This document shows, piece by piece, positions 13,021-44,108 of a stretch of DNA of 64,000 nt (its first letter is position 1; every line of letters begins with the position of its first letter). The position numbers and the translations under genes are program-made. The stretch is from Paraspadella gotoi (Eukaryota; Animalia; Chaetognatha). The DNA is taken from NCBI GenBank assembly GCA_051294375.1, contig CM119271.1:5507991-5571990 (forward strand), written 5' to 3'. The notes beneath the pieces are model-generated. The model was given only the letters and a program-made list of their open reading frames with translations, did no database searches and was not told the origin of the DNA.

Positions 13021-15571
13021 TCATTCTCGTCTCTCTCGATTTCTTTCCCATGTTTATTCCTTTTTTTCTTCTTCTCCCCATCAACCTTTTAATCTTGGCA
13101 CACTGAACCGCAGAATGAGCTCACCTACGCAAGTTCGACTGTCACTAGATCTCGGCGAAGGACAACGACATAAAGTTTTTCTTAGAGTAAGACGATCGAA
13201 TCGGCGATAAATTAAAAAAAAGAAAAATGGGGGGGAAAAAGAAAGGCGTATTTAAATTAGTGAAGGTTTTTGAAAAGTGAATACTGTTCCAGGGGATATA
13301 ATATGTAATGATCAAAATAAGTTTAACTCATTACCGATTGAATTTGTCTTTCGGGCTGTTTTAGTCAACAGTGAGAAATAAGTTTTAATTGCTGGTTGCG
13401 TCAACAAAGCTGAGTATAAAATACAACCAATGCTATTCAGTTTTTTCAAATTTTTCATGTTCAATGTCTTGCCATGTCATTTGCCTATCATCTCTCACAA
13501 ATTCCCTTTCCATGTTATGCGAAGGGATCTATCTCGAACCGGATGCTTCGCCGTTCGTCAAATCTTCTCCCGCCGATTTTTAGATTTTTCGTTGACGTCA
13601 TTCCATAAAAAAAAACTGATTTGGTCGCGAGAAAAATAAATCGAGAATCGGTTGAGGGAGCATCGACGTCGCGGGTGACTCGCTCTCTTTCGTTTATCTT
13701 CTCATTTCATTCTTTTTAAACTATTTGACGAGATTGCGAAGGCCCTCTGAACATCTTACTCTCACTGTTGCTCGAGATACTTATACGTAGCAGAGTAACC
13801 TAAAATTTATTTCAACTGAGACTGAGTTCCATAATTAAATTTGCATATTGTAGCATTTAAAATTACCTAGATGCCCCTCCCATCGGACTCAATACAAATT
13901 AGATTATATTCACTGACTGAAGAAAAAAAAAATCACTCTTATAACTTTCTTTATAATTTTTTCGTGTCTACCGAGGAGTGAGTGACACATAAAAAGAGTA
14001 ACTCAAAATATTTCCCTGATTTCAAACTGTTTTTTTTTTCGAGCGTCAATTCAACAGTCGGGGTTCGCGAGAAGCGTGTCGGGAAAGGAGCGACCGCAAA
14101 GTCGAAACTGTTGTGTTTGGACCGTAAAATCGTCGATGGTAGAGGAGATTAATCACTTTTGCCGCAATTAATTCGTCGATACAAAAAAGAGAGAGAGAGA
14201 GAGAGANNNNNNNNNNNNNNNNNNNNNNNNNTCCTCTCTCTCTCTCTCTCTCTTCTCTCTCATTCTCTTCTCTCTCTGCTCTGGTTTTCCGGTTTATAGA
14301 GCGATATTCTTCCCGTGGTTTCCTGTCCTTTTTACGTAAATCGTTATCAATATTGAATATATAATACTGAGAATCAATTTAAATTTTTGTTATAATTGGC
14401 CTTGAAGTTTGGAATAATAATTTGGTATGTGATTCAGAAAAACTCTCCTTTCTATCTATTTACAACTTTTAGTGTTAATAATTTTTAAAAGATGAAGAGT
14501 CAGGCCCAGCTTTCAATTTGGGAGATTTGGTGGGAGTCATCATGAAGCAGTTTAACATGGTCGACAGGAATGCGAGAATAGGAATGTCCATGGAAAAAGA
14601 AGGGCGATGACGACGACGACGATGGGGACAAAAACTCCGAGGACGAGAACGATTTGAAACCAGTTTCAGTCCCTGAAACCTACTAGTTTTGCTTACGGGG
14701 TTTTTTTGCTTCGCGCGCTGTCTAGTTTTGGCAGAGTCAAAGTGCGAATAATTCAAAGTTTAGTTTTAACAAGCATTTTTCATTAAGCAATTGTTTAAAA
14801 AATTTTCCATCCGGAAACTTTTTTTATTTTTATTTTATTTTGGTCGTAAAATTCTCTCTTTCATCTGCATCTTTAACTGATTTTAGTTTTTTATCTTTTT
14901 TTATTTTTTCCTAGTCTTTTCACCAACCCTCCTCCCATTGTCATTCTAGTTTTTTTGATCCAGGTTTTCCAAAAGTCAATTGATTTTCTCTGCCGAAAAT
15001 TCTTTTAGCAATAAAAACCAAAGAGCAGAAATTGCAGATTCCTTGCTGTTCTATCTCTCTCTCTCGTCATCTCTCGTGTCTCTCTCTCTCTCTCTCATCC
15101 TCTCGTTGTCTGCTCTGCTCTCTCTCTTTCCCATAACATTTATAATTGAACAACTAAATGAAATTATTTTCTCTTCGAGAAAAATAGAATGTCACCGATT
15201 TACGAAATGCGTTTTATTATTATTGTTGGGAAAATATTTAACCAAAATATGTAAATTTTTAAAAAGAAAACAAAAATTTAGCTAATTTTTTTTTTCGTGA
15301 TGCCTGGTTTTGAAGTTTTCCTCCTCACAATCAAATTTAGTCTTCATCCTAATTTTTCAATTATACTTATTTTTCGATAGCTAAATTCGCTAAATTAGTC
15401 TAAATTTTGCTAAAAAATGCTAATTCCATGCATTTCCGCAGCTTCGGCTCTGAACGAGCGCTTAAGAAATTGCGTCGACTGAAAAAGACCTCTCACGCCG
15501 CATTTCCAAGACTCTTGGCCTCCATCCACCTTAACTCCACTCAACGCATCTACCCGCCACCATCCACCAAA

Positions 15572-32708
<17,137 letters not shown>

Positions 32709-33679
32709 GTACGTACGGGGATTATATTCTTTTTTTTCTTTTTTTTTTTTTTTAAATCGTCCGTCGTTATCGTCGTCTTAGCTTTTACGTTAGTCCAATT
32801 TATTTGTGATAAAAATCCTTTCTTTTCGTTGTTTGGGACGATTAGAGAGCAGTTTGAGTTTAGTTTTGACAACGATTTTTATTTAATTCAAAACAGACAT
32901 GTTTCGGCTTCATTTCAAGCCTTCATCAGTTTATTTAAAATTAATTGGCCAATTCCTTTACAATTAAACCGCCCATTGTGATCCCAATAGATTTTTTCCA
33001 TTCGTTACTTAGCATTCGGATCACTACGGAAAGTGGAATCCGACGGTCCGTTTGCTAAGCTGCTTCACGTTTAACTAAGGCGGGGGAATTATACTTCGAC
33101 TGTTAATGATAATTACGATAAATTATAAATCTAGATCTTAATGCAATCATGAAGTATTTTTCGTCGTTGTTGTTGGTAATTTTTGGTCGCACGACGAAAT
33201 ATAATATAAAATATATTAGTTTTTATTCTCTCGTTTTCATTTACCAAGACTGACATTTTGTGTTACGAGGTGAGCGCCGAGGCGAAAAAAAAAACATCCT
33301 TTCTTTATCCAGTGAATAATGAGGCGGAATAAAGTAAAAATAAGAGTTCTGTAATATAAATAACATTAGAGTATCCCCCAGAGATAACGAAAATTTAAAC
33401 GAAAAAATTATGTTTTAATGTTTAGTTAATAACATCGAAGCATTTAATTTTTTACCGTATTACTATAAAAATATTTTTTTTTTAATCTAGAATGTTATAT
33501 TACAAAACTCCTCATGAAGTAATAAATTTGGCCCGCCTCAAGTGATTAATCCCTTGCTTTTTAACCGTAACAAACTTAATAACGCGAACGAATTTTTTTC
33601 TCCTATTTTAACATTTTTAATATACGTTACACGCTATCGTTGAAAACCTTTAAACGTTGTCCTTTTTGTTTCGCCTCAG

Positions 33680-36600
33680 GATGCGCAAGGGGGCGAATTG
33701 AAGGCCATCGACGTCTGCGGCGCTGAACATCTGTTAACGGTGAAACGCGGTTTTGTCTTCATCCCCGAGCCCTGGGACTCCGGAACGCGCCTACACCCAA
33801 CATTCAGTGGGAGTGAGGACTTGAAAATATTAAAGAATTTTTAAGAAAAATTATTAAGTCTAATGCTATTGCGAAAAAAAACTGAATAGATTTAAAAAAA
33901 AGGGTTAACGATATATTGAACAGTTCATCTCTAAAATATCGAAAAGATTTTTTAAAAAATTTAATAAATATTTGAAAAGATTATGAACTTAAAAAGATTA
34001 AAAAATCTTTGGAAAAAAATATTGAAAAAAAACTTAGAAACAGAGAGAGATAAGTTATCCACTTAACACGTTCTGAAAGGCTCTAAATTTTGTAAATATA
34101 TGCTAATTATGGAGACAAGAAAACGAATAATCTAAAATTTATGAAACTTGTCGCCATTTAGAAACGATATTTTTTGAATATCCTAAACCTGACTTTTAAC
34201 AGAAAACACCGACGTTCACAAAGCCGTGGATAAGCTAACTGGAGCGGAAACTTTAGCAGGCTCCACCTCCAACGAAGACGCAAGGCGCCACTAAAGCAGG
34301 AGCAAAGAGGTGAGACAAAAACAATCAATCAACTGAAACGACAATTCATTTAATAAATTATTAAGCTTAATTATTAAACAAAGTAAGAATAGAGAAAATA
34401 AATGAATAAAACAAAGTATGAAAAATGAATTAATTATAACAATGCGTAAATGGAACGGATTCTCATGCAGAACGCCAGATCGAAGCCTCCCATCCATCTT
34501 TACGCTCGCTCCTCGACCATCGGTGACTTTGGCGACCACTCAACGCCCCGGACGGTCGCCAGTTCTCTGATCAGGCCGCCGCCCGACTCGGCATGGACGC
34601 GGTGGTTCCGGCAGGTTTCCTCCGCGGTCTTGCATCGACAGGGTTCGGGAGAAACATCCGACGGTCCTTTGCCCACCAGAGCTCCGGAGAAGGTCCTCTG
34701 AGGAATCCTTGAGACCGCGAACAGGGCTCGGGAAAAATCTTACATGGCCGTCTCTGGCCCGGCAGGGCTCCGGCGCTTCCGCCGGAAAATCCTCTCAGTG
34801 ATTTCTTTCGTACACAAAGAACACAGCGAGGCTCCGCCGTCGCGAGTCGGGTGAGATGGCGATGCCTCTCGGCGGCATTTCGCGGAGAACTGAGAACATG
34901 AGCGAACAAAGGACATCGGTAACGAAGGCGCAACGCAGCCGCTCGTCGACGGCAAGCGAAGGGAAGAAGGAATGGTGAAGAGAGCAAATTGACGATGAAA
35001 TGAACGCAGAATATGATTAATTAGCTTAATGTTTTTTTTTTTTAAGTCGATTTTAAGTTAATTGGGATTTTTTTTAACAGTGTAAGTTTTCAGTGCTCTC
35101 GAATTTTCAAGAATTAATTTTTGGGTTTTGGGGTATGGCATGCATTTCGAAAATAACTTTAAAATAAAAAATTATAAAAGCTGTACTAAGGGACCTAACC
35201 GAAGGTTAAAATTAGTATAGTTTTTTTTGAAGGTATTATATATTATTTAAACTTTTTTACAACCCTGGCATGAAAAATTTAAAAAGAATATGTCGTAGGC
35301 ATATTATAAAATGACGATGACGGATTTAACGCTGACTATAACACACGAATACGGCCGGTATGCACCGTTGTGAAGCCCGATTGTGAATAGCGGAAGTTTA
35401 GTCGCCGCGAGTGAAGCCTGTGCCACAAGTCACTTGAATTTGGGTAACGAACCATGTTTTTCATTTTTTCAAAACACAGATTATTTGAAAAAAGCACCAT
35501 ACATGCGTTTAATGAAGCTCCAATAGCCAACACGTTTCTTTCGATAAGATTGCTAACCCCGCAAAAGAATTTTTTTTCTTCGTTGTGTCAAAGCGACGTA
35601 AGGGACGACGGCTTGGAAAGGAGATNNNNNNNNNNNNNNNNNNNNNNNNNGATTATGAACTTAAAAAGATTAAAAAATCTTTGAAAAAAATATTGAAAAA
35701 AAACTTAGAAACAGAGAGAGATAAGTTATCCACTTACACGTTCTGAAAGGCTCTAAATTTTGTAAATATATGCTAATTAGGAGACAAGAAACGAATAATC
35801 TAAAATTTAATGAAACTTGTCGCCATTTAGAACGATATTTTTTGAATATCCTAAACCCTGACTTTTAACAGAAAACACCGACGTTCACAAAGCCGTGGAT
35901 AAGCTAACTGGAGCGGAAACTTTAGCAGCTCCACCTCCAACGAAGACCAAAATGGCGCCACTAAAGCAGGAGCAAAGAGGTGAGACAAAAACAATCAATC
36001 AATGAAACGACAATTCATTAATAAATNNNNNNNNNNAAATCTTTGAAAAAAACTTAGAAACAGAGAGAGATAAGTTGTACTGAAAGGCTCTAAATTTTGT
36101 AAATATATGCTAATTAGGAGATAAGAAACGAATAATCTAAAATTTAATGAAACTTGTCGCCATTTAGAACGATATTTTTTGAATATCCTAAACCCCGACG
36201 TTTAACAGAAAACACCGACGTTCACAAAGCCGTGGATAAGCTCACTGGAGCGGAAACTTTAGCAGCTCCACCTCCAACGAAGACCAAAACGGCGCCACTC
36301 AAGCAGGAGCAAAGAGGTGAGACAAAACAATCAATCAATCAAACTACAATTCATAAATCAATTAATCATTAATGAACTTAATATTAAACAAAGTAAGAAA
36401 TAGAGCAAATAAATGAATAAACAAAGTTATGAAAAAAATGAATTAATTATAACAATGCGTAAATTGGACACGGAATTCGATTACAGAACCGCCAGATTCG
36501 AAGCCTCCCATCCCTTTACCTCGTCCTCGACCATCGGTGGACTTTGGCGATCCACTCAACGCCCCCGGACGTCGCCAGTCTCTGATCAGGCCGCCGCCGA

Positions 36601-37013
36601 CTCGGCAGGACGCCGGTGGTTCCGGCAGGTCTTCCTCCCGGTCTTTGCATCGACAGGGTTCGGGAGAAACCTCCGACGGTCCTTTGCCCCACCAGAGCTC
36701 CGGAGAATCCTCTGAGGAATCCTTGACGCGACAGGGCTCGGAAGAATCTTACAGGCCGTCTCTGGCCCGGCAGGGCTCCGGCGCTTCCGCCGGAAAATCC
36801 TCTCGTGATTCTTTCGTTACACAAAAGAACACAGCGAGGGCTCCGCGTCGCGAGTCGGGTGAGATGGGCGATGGCCTCTCGCGGGATTTCGCGGAAGCTG
36901 AGACGATGAGCGAACAAAGGAACATCGGTACGAGAAGGCGAGGCAGCGCTCGGTCGACGGCAAGCGGAAGGGAAGAAAGGAATGTGGAAAGAGAGCAAAT
37001 TGACATGAAATGA
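33680..37013 (+). CDS. Unknown multi-exon Ser/Pro-rich protein with repeated LxRQGS motifs (either a CHT1 C-terminal extension or a separate gene); last two exons duplicated
   Basis: Phase-consistent AG/GT exons: 33680-~33814 (DAQGGELKAIDVCGAEHLL..), 36209-36317 (NTDVHKAVDKLTGAETLAAPPPTKT..; copies at 34203 and 35872), 36488-37013 (EPPDSKPPIPLPRPRPSVDFGDP...EQIDMK*; noisy copy ~34471-35003). A possible upstream start MKYFSSLLL is at 33149. Confidence 0.55.
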
Positions 37014-37270
37014 CGCAGATATGATTAATTTAGCTTAATGTTTTTTTTTAAGGCGATTTTAGTTATTGGGATTTTTTTTTTACAGTGTATAGTTTTCAGT
37101 GCTCTCGATTTTCAAGAATTATTTTTGGGTTTTGGGATGGCATGCATTTCGGAAAATAACTTTAAAATAAAAAATTATAAAACTGTACTAAGGGACCTAA
37201 CCGAGGTTAACATAGATAGTTTTTTGAGGTATTATATATTATTTAAAAACTTTTTTACAACCCTGGCATG
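33979..37270 (+). repeat. Three tandem near-identical copies (33979-35272, 35651-36026, 36037-37270) separated by N-gaps
   Basis: Shared sequence such as aaacttagaaacagagagagataagtt and ttttacaaccctggcatgaa. Differences are mostly indels. Confidence 0.85.
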
Positions 37271-38569
37271 AATATTGTGTCGATGAAGTTAGATAAAAAT
37301 TTTTTTAAAAAATCAGTTTCTTGCCAAGATTACGTACGATAGGTTTGCTAAAACAAATTAATTATAAAATAATGGGTTAAGATAATGAAAGCCTTCATAA
37401 TCATTTTACTTAATTGAATTATTCTAATAATCTTTAATCTCCTAAGATATCTTTTATTTTATAGATTATGTTACAAGTAAACTGGTAAAACAAAAGAAGA
37501 ACTCTTAAGGAAAACGATCTCGCTTACAGTTTTTGAAAAAAATAGTGTATTGTGTCTTTTATCTCATTTATTAATATCTTACTTCATTATTTGTCATTGT
37601 GATAAACGTAATCATCTTTTTCTGAATTCTTATTTTGTATTTAACTTGAAATATGATTGCATTGAGCACATTACGTTTGATCCCAGAATTTGTTAATATA
37701 ATGCAATCAGTTTCATTCGGTGCTATTAATACGCAATTTTTTTAACGATCTTTCTGTGTAACAATTCTTTAAACTAGCGATTATAGTTCACTAAATCCTA
37801 ATCATCATTATTGGTATTATGATCAAATTGATCATTGAATCTTTGTTATTTTTGTTGTTATATTTTAAATTAAAAAATATAATAATTTTGCAAAAATATA
37901 AGCGGTTTTAACAGAGATTCAATAATTTATATTTCTGTCATTGAAAATACATATACATCATTGTCAGTTTGTAATTTTGACAAGTGATATTAAGTTCATA
38001 TTATGTATGTAGTAAAAAAATACGCCAACTTTTGACAGTAAAATGTTTGAAAAACTCAAATGACTTTAAAACGAATCTCACTTTCGTTAAATTATTTTAC
38101 AATGTTGGTGACTTTTGTGCTATAATTTGTAGATTTTTTTCATTTACAGTATTGTTGACTATATTTCAAGATTATAATACAGTATTGTTGATTACTTATA
38201 ATTGAATTATTTTTCATTGTCCAAACTCTTTTATAATATCTTTCAATGCAACGTCTATCTCTCAGTCTTTCCATCTCATGCTCTTTCTCGCATTATCTCC
38301 AGTTTCCACTGCTCACGCCATGTTTTTTTTCGTTGTGAACAATATGGGTTTTTTTTGGTTTTTTTGAGCCATTAATATTTTTTTTTCTGACAACATTTTT
38401 ACACAAAAATAGCTGGAAACCACAGACGAGCCAATCTCCTGATATTTTAACAAAAAAGAAAAACGTAATGAGCACGAGTATGGAATTTCCTTGGCAACAA
38501 TATTTTTAAAATTTATTTTTATTGTGTTAGAAAAAAACAAAATTAGGTTGTTTACACTTACCTGATTAG

Positions 38570-38608
<39 letters not shown>

Positions 38609-38701
38609 TCTCTCTTTTTCTTGTATTCCCTCCTCTTTCTCCTCTCTCCTCTCTTCTCTAAACATTTCACTATTCTCTTTACTTCCCTCTTCCTCTCTCT
38701 C

Positions 38702-38734
<33 letters not shown>

Positions 38735-38743
38735 TCTCTCTCT

Positions 38744-38793
<50 letters not shown>

Positions 38794-39106
38794 GGTACCT
38801 TATTCAGTTAAAACTTTCTGCTATGTGATTAGTATTATGTATTTAAGAGAGATAAAAGTCTTAGCCCACCTAAGCCTGTCCAAAGTCTGGGGTAAGAAAG
38901 NNNNNNNNNNCCCCGCGGTCGACCCTTCAATTCCTTCGCTTTTCTAAAACAAACGCCGATGTGACGTCATGGGGTGATATTACTTTCCGACGCGAGCATT
39001 AACACCTGTCGCCAAAACAACAACAACAACAACAACAACAGAACGTGGTTTCGCAGTCCACTCACTTTTCTCTCAACTCGCGCGTCAAACCAAGTCCCGA
39101 ATCTAT

Positions 39107-39152
<46 letters not shown>

Positions 39153-39324
39153 CCGCTCGTTCCTCCATTTTCGTGACCCTCCTGTCTTTCAAACTCTTAA
39201 TTTTCTCTGTGATTTTTGGAATTTTTTTTTCTCCGATTTCTTTTTTCTTATCTCTTTCCTCCTCGCCTTCCTCTTCCTCCTCTTCCTCCTCCTCCTCCTC
39301 CTCCTCCTCCTCAAAAGCCAACCT

Positions 39325-40560
39325 GGGAAAAACGTTAATCGACGAACCGGAATCGGATTTCGTCGTCGTTGTCGTCTTCGTCGTCGTCGTCCTCGATGCC
39401 ACATCCACGGCGTCACCCTTTGTCGACTTTTGGAACAGAAAGAAACCCGTTCGTGAAACTAGTCAGTGACTAGTAGTGACTAGTAGTCACATTCCATTAA
39501 AACCTTGGGGAGTTCCCTAGGCTAATTTTCAATATTATGATAATCCTTTCATTTCTTTGGTTTTAATGATTAGCGAAAACGAAGTTTAGATTGTTAGATT
39601 ATTAGAATAATAAATGAATAATAAATAATTTTCTAACAATAAAATCGTTGTTGAACAATCTAAACTTCGTTTTCGCTAATTTTTTTTCAACAAAAAATAT
39701 TTTCAAAAAATTATTTTTCTAAAAAGAAAATTGTTAAAAGATTTTTCTTATCATTTTATATTTTATATAAAATTTGTATAAATCTGATAATATTTTTCAG
39801 GGCTTTCCTGAGATATAGTTTTAATCTTTCTAATGCAACCCGATAAAAATATATGAAAAGTTTTACAAAAAAAAAATATTTTTTTGAAATAATTGTTAAT
39901 GTGTTTGGAAATCTTTTTATTACCGTCATCGTCGTTATCGTTGTCACGGACATCGTCATCGTCATCGTCATCGTCATCGTTCGTCATCGTCATCGTCGTC
40001 TAAGTCTTCAATTTTCGTCATGTCATTTTTTTTTATTGTTTCCTCATCTTTTGTCGTTTTTAAAGAATTGTTTCGGCTTTGCCTTCTCATTATTTCAACG
40101 TCGTAACATCGTAGCGTCTTAACTTCGGCGCCATAAACGCTGTTGTTAACTCTCCGTCGTCTTCTTTGTCGTCGTCGTCTTCTTTGTCGTCGTCGTCTTC
40201 TTTGTCGTCGTTGTCTTCTTTGTCGTAGTCGTCTTCTTTGTCGTCGTCGTCATCATCGCTACAGTTTTGGCTGTCCTCGTTGTCGTAGCAATCAAAACCA
40301 TCATGATCATCTTTCTCGTTACCATCTTGTCATTTGCCATTGTTGCCATCGTAATCCTCGTCGATGTCAACCTTGTCTCCCTCATTCTCATCGTCGCTGT
40401 CATTTTTATAAATTTATCGTATTCATCTATTAAGTTGCCGTTCTCGTTGCCATTTTCTTTTATCGTCGTCGTCGTTGTCTTCGTCGTCGTCGCCTTCTCG
40501 GTCGTCGACTTTTCTTTTTTGGCGTCGAATCGATTCTTGGCTTCAACGAGTTTCTATCGT
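39325..40560 (-). CDS. Candidate Asp-rich low-complexity protein exons (frameshifted as assembled)
   Basis: The minus strand reads KLVEAKNRFDAKKEKSTTEK..NDSDDENEGDKVDIDEDYDG..CYDNEDSQNCSDDDDDDKEDDYDKEDNDDKEDDDDKE, with frame changes. A second exon-like block lies at ~39460-39325. Confidence 0.35.
39569..39680. mobile_element. MITE-like element with 27-bp terminal inverted repeats
   Basis: attagcgaaaacgaagtttagattgtt ... aacaatctaaacttcgttttcgctaat around an AT-rich core. Confidence 0.6.
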
Positions 40561-41169
40561 CGATCACGTGACCATCCGGCGGAAGAAAAAGTGGGGGGGA
40601 GGGGGAGCGATGGGAGACGCCTTCTCTCGACGGTGGGGGGGTGGAAGGCAATAGAGAGCGGATTCCGCAGCCTGTCGTGAGGGTGAATCGGATTTTGTGA
40701 GAGGAATAAGTGTGAAAGATAAATAACTGATGTTTAATATCGCTCTTGACTTTTCGACGCTTTTTTTTTTTTGTAAATATTTTAGTCGAAAAACCATAAT
40801 TTTTCGTATTAGCTTTGAGATGATTGATGACCTTTTTAAGATATTCATTCATGTGACATTTTAATTAGTTATCTTTAGTACGTACTGAATCAACTTGGAA
40901 AAGTCAAATATTTCTCAAAAAAAAGCTAAAAAAAAGGAAGAACAAAAGTTTTTGGGAACTAAGTAATAATTAAGACTTTGATATATTTTCAGCATGATAA
41001 CCTTTTTTCCCTTTTTTCCTCGATCGAATAAGACAAGACTTTTCCTTGTTTTTTTTCTGAATTCTTCATGAGCGATTTTCTGGTCCGCGACTTATGGATA
41101 ATGGATTAAGTCCATATTGGCTCAAGGAGGAAATATTGGTGGAAGGGAAAAATGGAAATAAGAAAAAAG

Positions 41170-41516
41170 AAAAACCAGAACGGTACATCCAATGTTTTGC
41201 GCCGCAGGGACTTTATTTTCACACGTATTTCCCTTTCATCACATGATATGACATGACATGACATTACATGACTAAAAAACTTTCTTACCCCGTGTATTAT
41301 GAAATACCGTCTTTTATTCCTTGTAGTTTTAGGATTTTCTGAAGGCGGCGCTAGCAGTCAATTAGATTTGAGGTTATTTCCTGTCTTAACAAATGAGCTA
41401 CCAACTTTAGGCGAGTTATATACATTTTTAATGTGGGACAGACCGACTGACGGACAGACCGACGGAAAAGTGACTTATTGAGTTGCTCCGCGAGTACTCG
41501 CGGCACAACTAAAAAG
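41170..41516 (-). mobile_element. DINE-1/HINE-like non-autonomous Helentron copy
   Basis: ccaatgttttgcgccgc...(atgac)n...gacagaccgac...gagttgctccgcgagtactcgcggcacaactaaaaa. Confidence 0.7.
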
Positions 41517-42139
41517 TATCGATCCTCGGAAGCGAACAAAGGAACACGAGTCGAGGGTAATAAGATTCGAATATACGAAATAGAAAATCCGATAAGAAAA
41601 TAGCAACGAAGGAAGTAGGCGAAGATAGACTGAGATTAAATTTTTATCTTGTTATCTAAACTAGTGCAGGATTTTTTTTATAGTTATTAGTCACAAATTA
41701 AAAATTAAATAGTCTTATCTTGCGCGACTGTATCTTGTTCGCAACATGGATAAAGATTTTTTTTTTAATCAACAGAGTAACTGTTTTATTTCATGAATAA
41801 TGGAAAATCGGCTGACAGAGATTTAAAGTCTTTGCCGAAAAAAAAGACATATAAATCATTTTTATTAGTGTTTAAAATTAGTCTTTTTTTTATCTTTGGT
41901 CTCCAGTAGTTTCGTAACCAAGAAAACTTGAAAGGGCTTTTTTTGAAATTTTCGACTTTGTACCTTCAGTCCTTCCCGGTTCTTAGTTGTTTTTCGCGCC
42001 CCTCGATTTATTTTCACGATTTAACTTAAAAAAAAACAAAAAAAACTCGGAATGAACGCACGAGAATTATAAGAATTCGGTTTTATTAATTCAGTTAAAA
42101 AATGTTATGAAAAAGAGTTTTAAACTCACCCAAGCGATA

Positions 42140-43664
42140 ATGAGCTCTCTCTCCACTTACCTCTCTTCCTCTCCCCTCACATTCCTCCTCCTCCTCCTCG
42201 GCATCTCCTCGTCTCTCTCCTCGCTCCTCGGCTTCTTCCCCTCCGATCTCTTCGTTCTCGATTTGGACGCCATTTTGTTTCAGCGCCATCTGTGGCGAAT
42301 CTTCACCGCCTTCGTCTTCGACGAGTTTCGCTTCGCGCAAATCGTCAATCTGCTCATTCTGCACAAATACGTCGCCAAAGTTGAGGCCGGTCAGTTTTCT
42401 AGGATTTCTCGCGATCGAGTCGCGCCGCGAGTACTCGCGGAGCAACCCTTGTCACTTCTCTGTTCCCATTTACCTTTTTAAAATCTTCGGAATTTTCACT
42501 TTAGTTTAGATTGTTTACGTCGCTTTTTGAATGATTTATTATCTTTAAAATTGCAACAAGACCCAAAAAAAAAGGAAAACAAAATTCTATTGGCCAAAAC
42601 TGGGAAGAATTGCTGAATATCATAACAAGTGGAACGATGCGCAAAGCCTGGATCTTTTTTCTTCTTCTTTTTCAATCTTATTTATTTTCCTAGTAAAAAA
42701 GTTTGAATAACGAGATCAATAATGACTGTTCTTTATCGCTCATATTAATTTTTAAAGAGGATAGTTAAATAGCAAAGATGATAGCGACGTCGACCAAAAC
42801 AAAAAAACAACGCAACAGTATTTTTCAACAAAAAAAAATTATGATTATGATCGAATAACAAAAGACGAGGTTTTCGGCCGAAAGAAGGCTACCAGAAAGC
42901 GACGAGAACGGTGAAAAAGACTGGTCTGAAAAAGGTCAACTAAATGACCATGGAAAAAATGACCAAACGCGAGGTCACAAATTCTTTCAAAAGCCTTTTT
43001 GGGTTACTTTTACTTTCGCCGACCGGGGTTAGGGAGGGGTTATGGTTAAGGGTGGTTTAGGGGTTGTTTAGAGTTAGGGGTGGTTTAGGGGTTGTTTACA
43101 GTTAGGGGTTGTTTAGAGCTAGGGGTGGTTAGGGTTAAGAGACATTAGGGCTAGAGTAACATTCCAGATGGAATCGGAACCAAAAATGGAATCGGATCCG
43201 CGACTCTGATGAAATCCACCAAGGATTCGCCGATTGGATGAATCACCATCGGAATGGACCAATGAGAAGAGGGGCTTCATGCCAAAGGGAAAACGAGCCC
43301 GCGTCGATTATCCGGTTGAACTGTATAAATACTGATTGTTTTTGTATTGAATATCCATCTGTCTCAAATTCTCACACCGTCTTGCTTATCTTCTATCTTC
43401 TATCTTTTTTTTTCCGACAGAACAAAGATCCGCCCGTCTTCCTTTCCTCCTCGCCCTCCTCCTCAACTGGCTCCTCCTCCTCCTCCTCTATCTCCTCCTC
43501 CTCCTCATCGACTTCAAACAAAAGAGCAACAATGGATTCGCCGCCGACGCCTTCGCCTCCTCGATCGCCTTCGTCTGCTGCCATCTGCGGGCGGAGAAGA
43601 AAGTCGACTTCTTGGTTCGGGTCAAGATAGAGTCGAGGTGAGAGGGAGTTTTCGATCCATTCAC

Positions 43665-43724
<60 letters not shown>

Positions 43725-44017
43725 ATCGGAGACGACGACCGAGAATCCAACGATGTTTCAAAAATGTTTTATTGACATTAGACGATAGGCGACGATGTAT
43801 TAAAAAACAGTTCGGGTTGTTTCAAAACAAACAATGACTTTAAAAACGTTAAAACACTTAAAAAAAAACACTTTAAAACAACGTTGAAAACGTTCGACGT
43901 CGCGGCTTAACGAGGCAACTGCCTCTGACTTTTCTTCAATTTCAAACATCAAAATTAAGCCAGATATTCGCTTTCTTCTTCTTCTTGGTCTTCATAATCG
44001 TCGTCGCGACTCTCGGT

Positions 44018-44108
<91 letters not shown>

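Noticed and set aside
43025-43160. Telomere
   Set aside because: Short, degenerate and intronic; more likely part of a repeat element.
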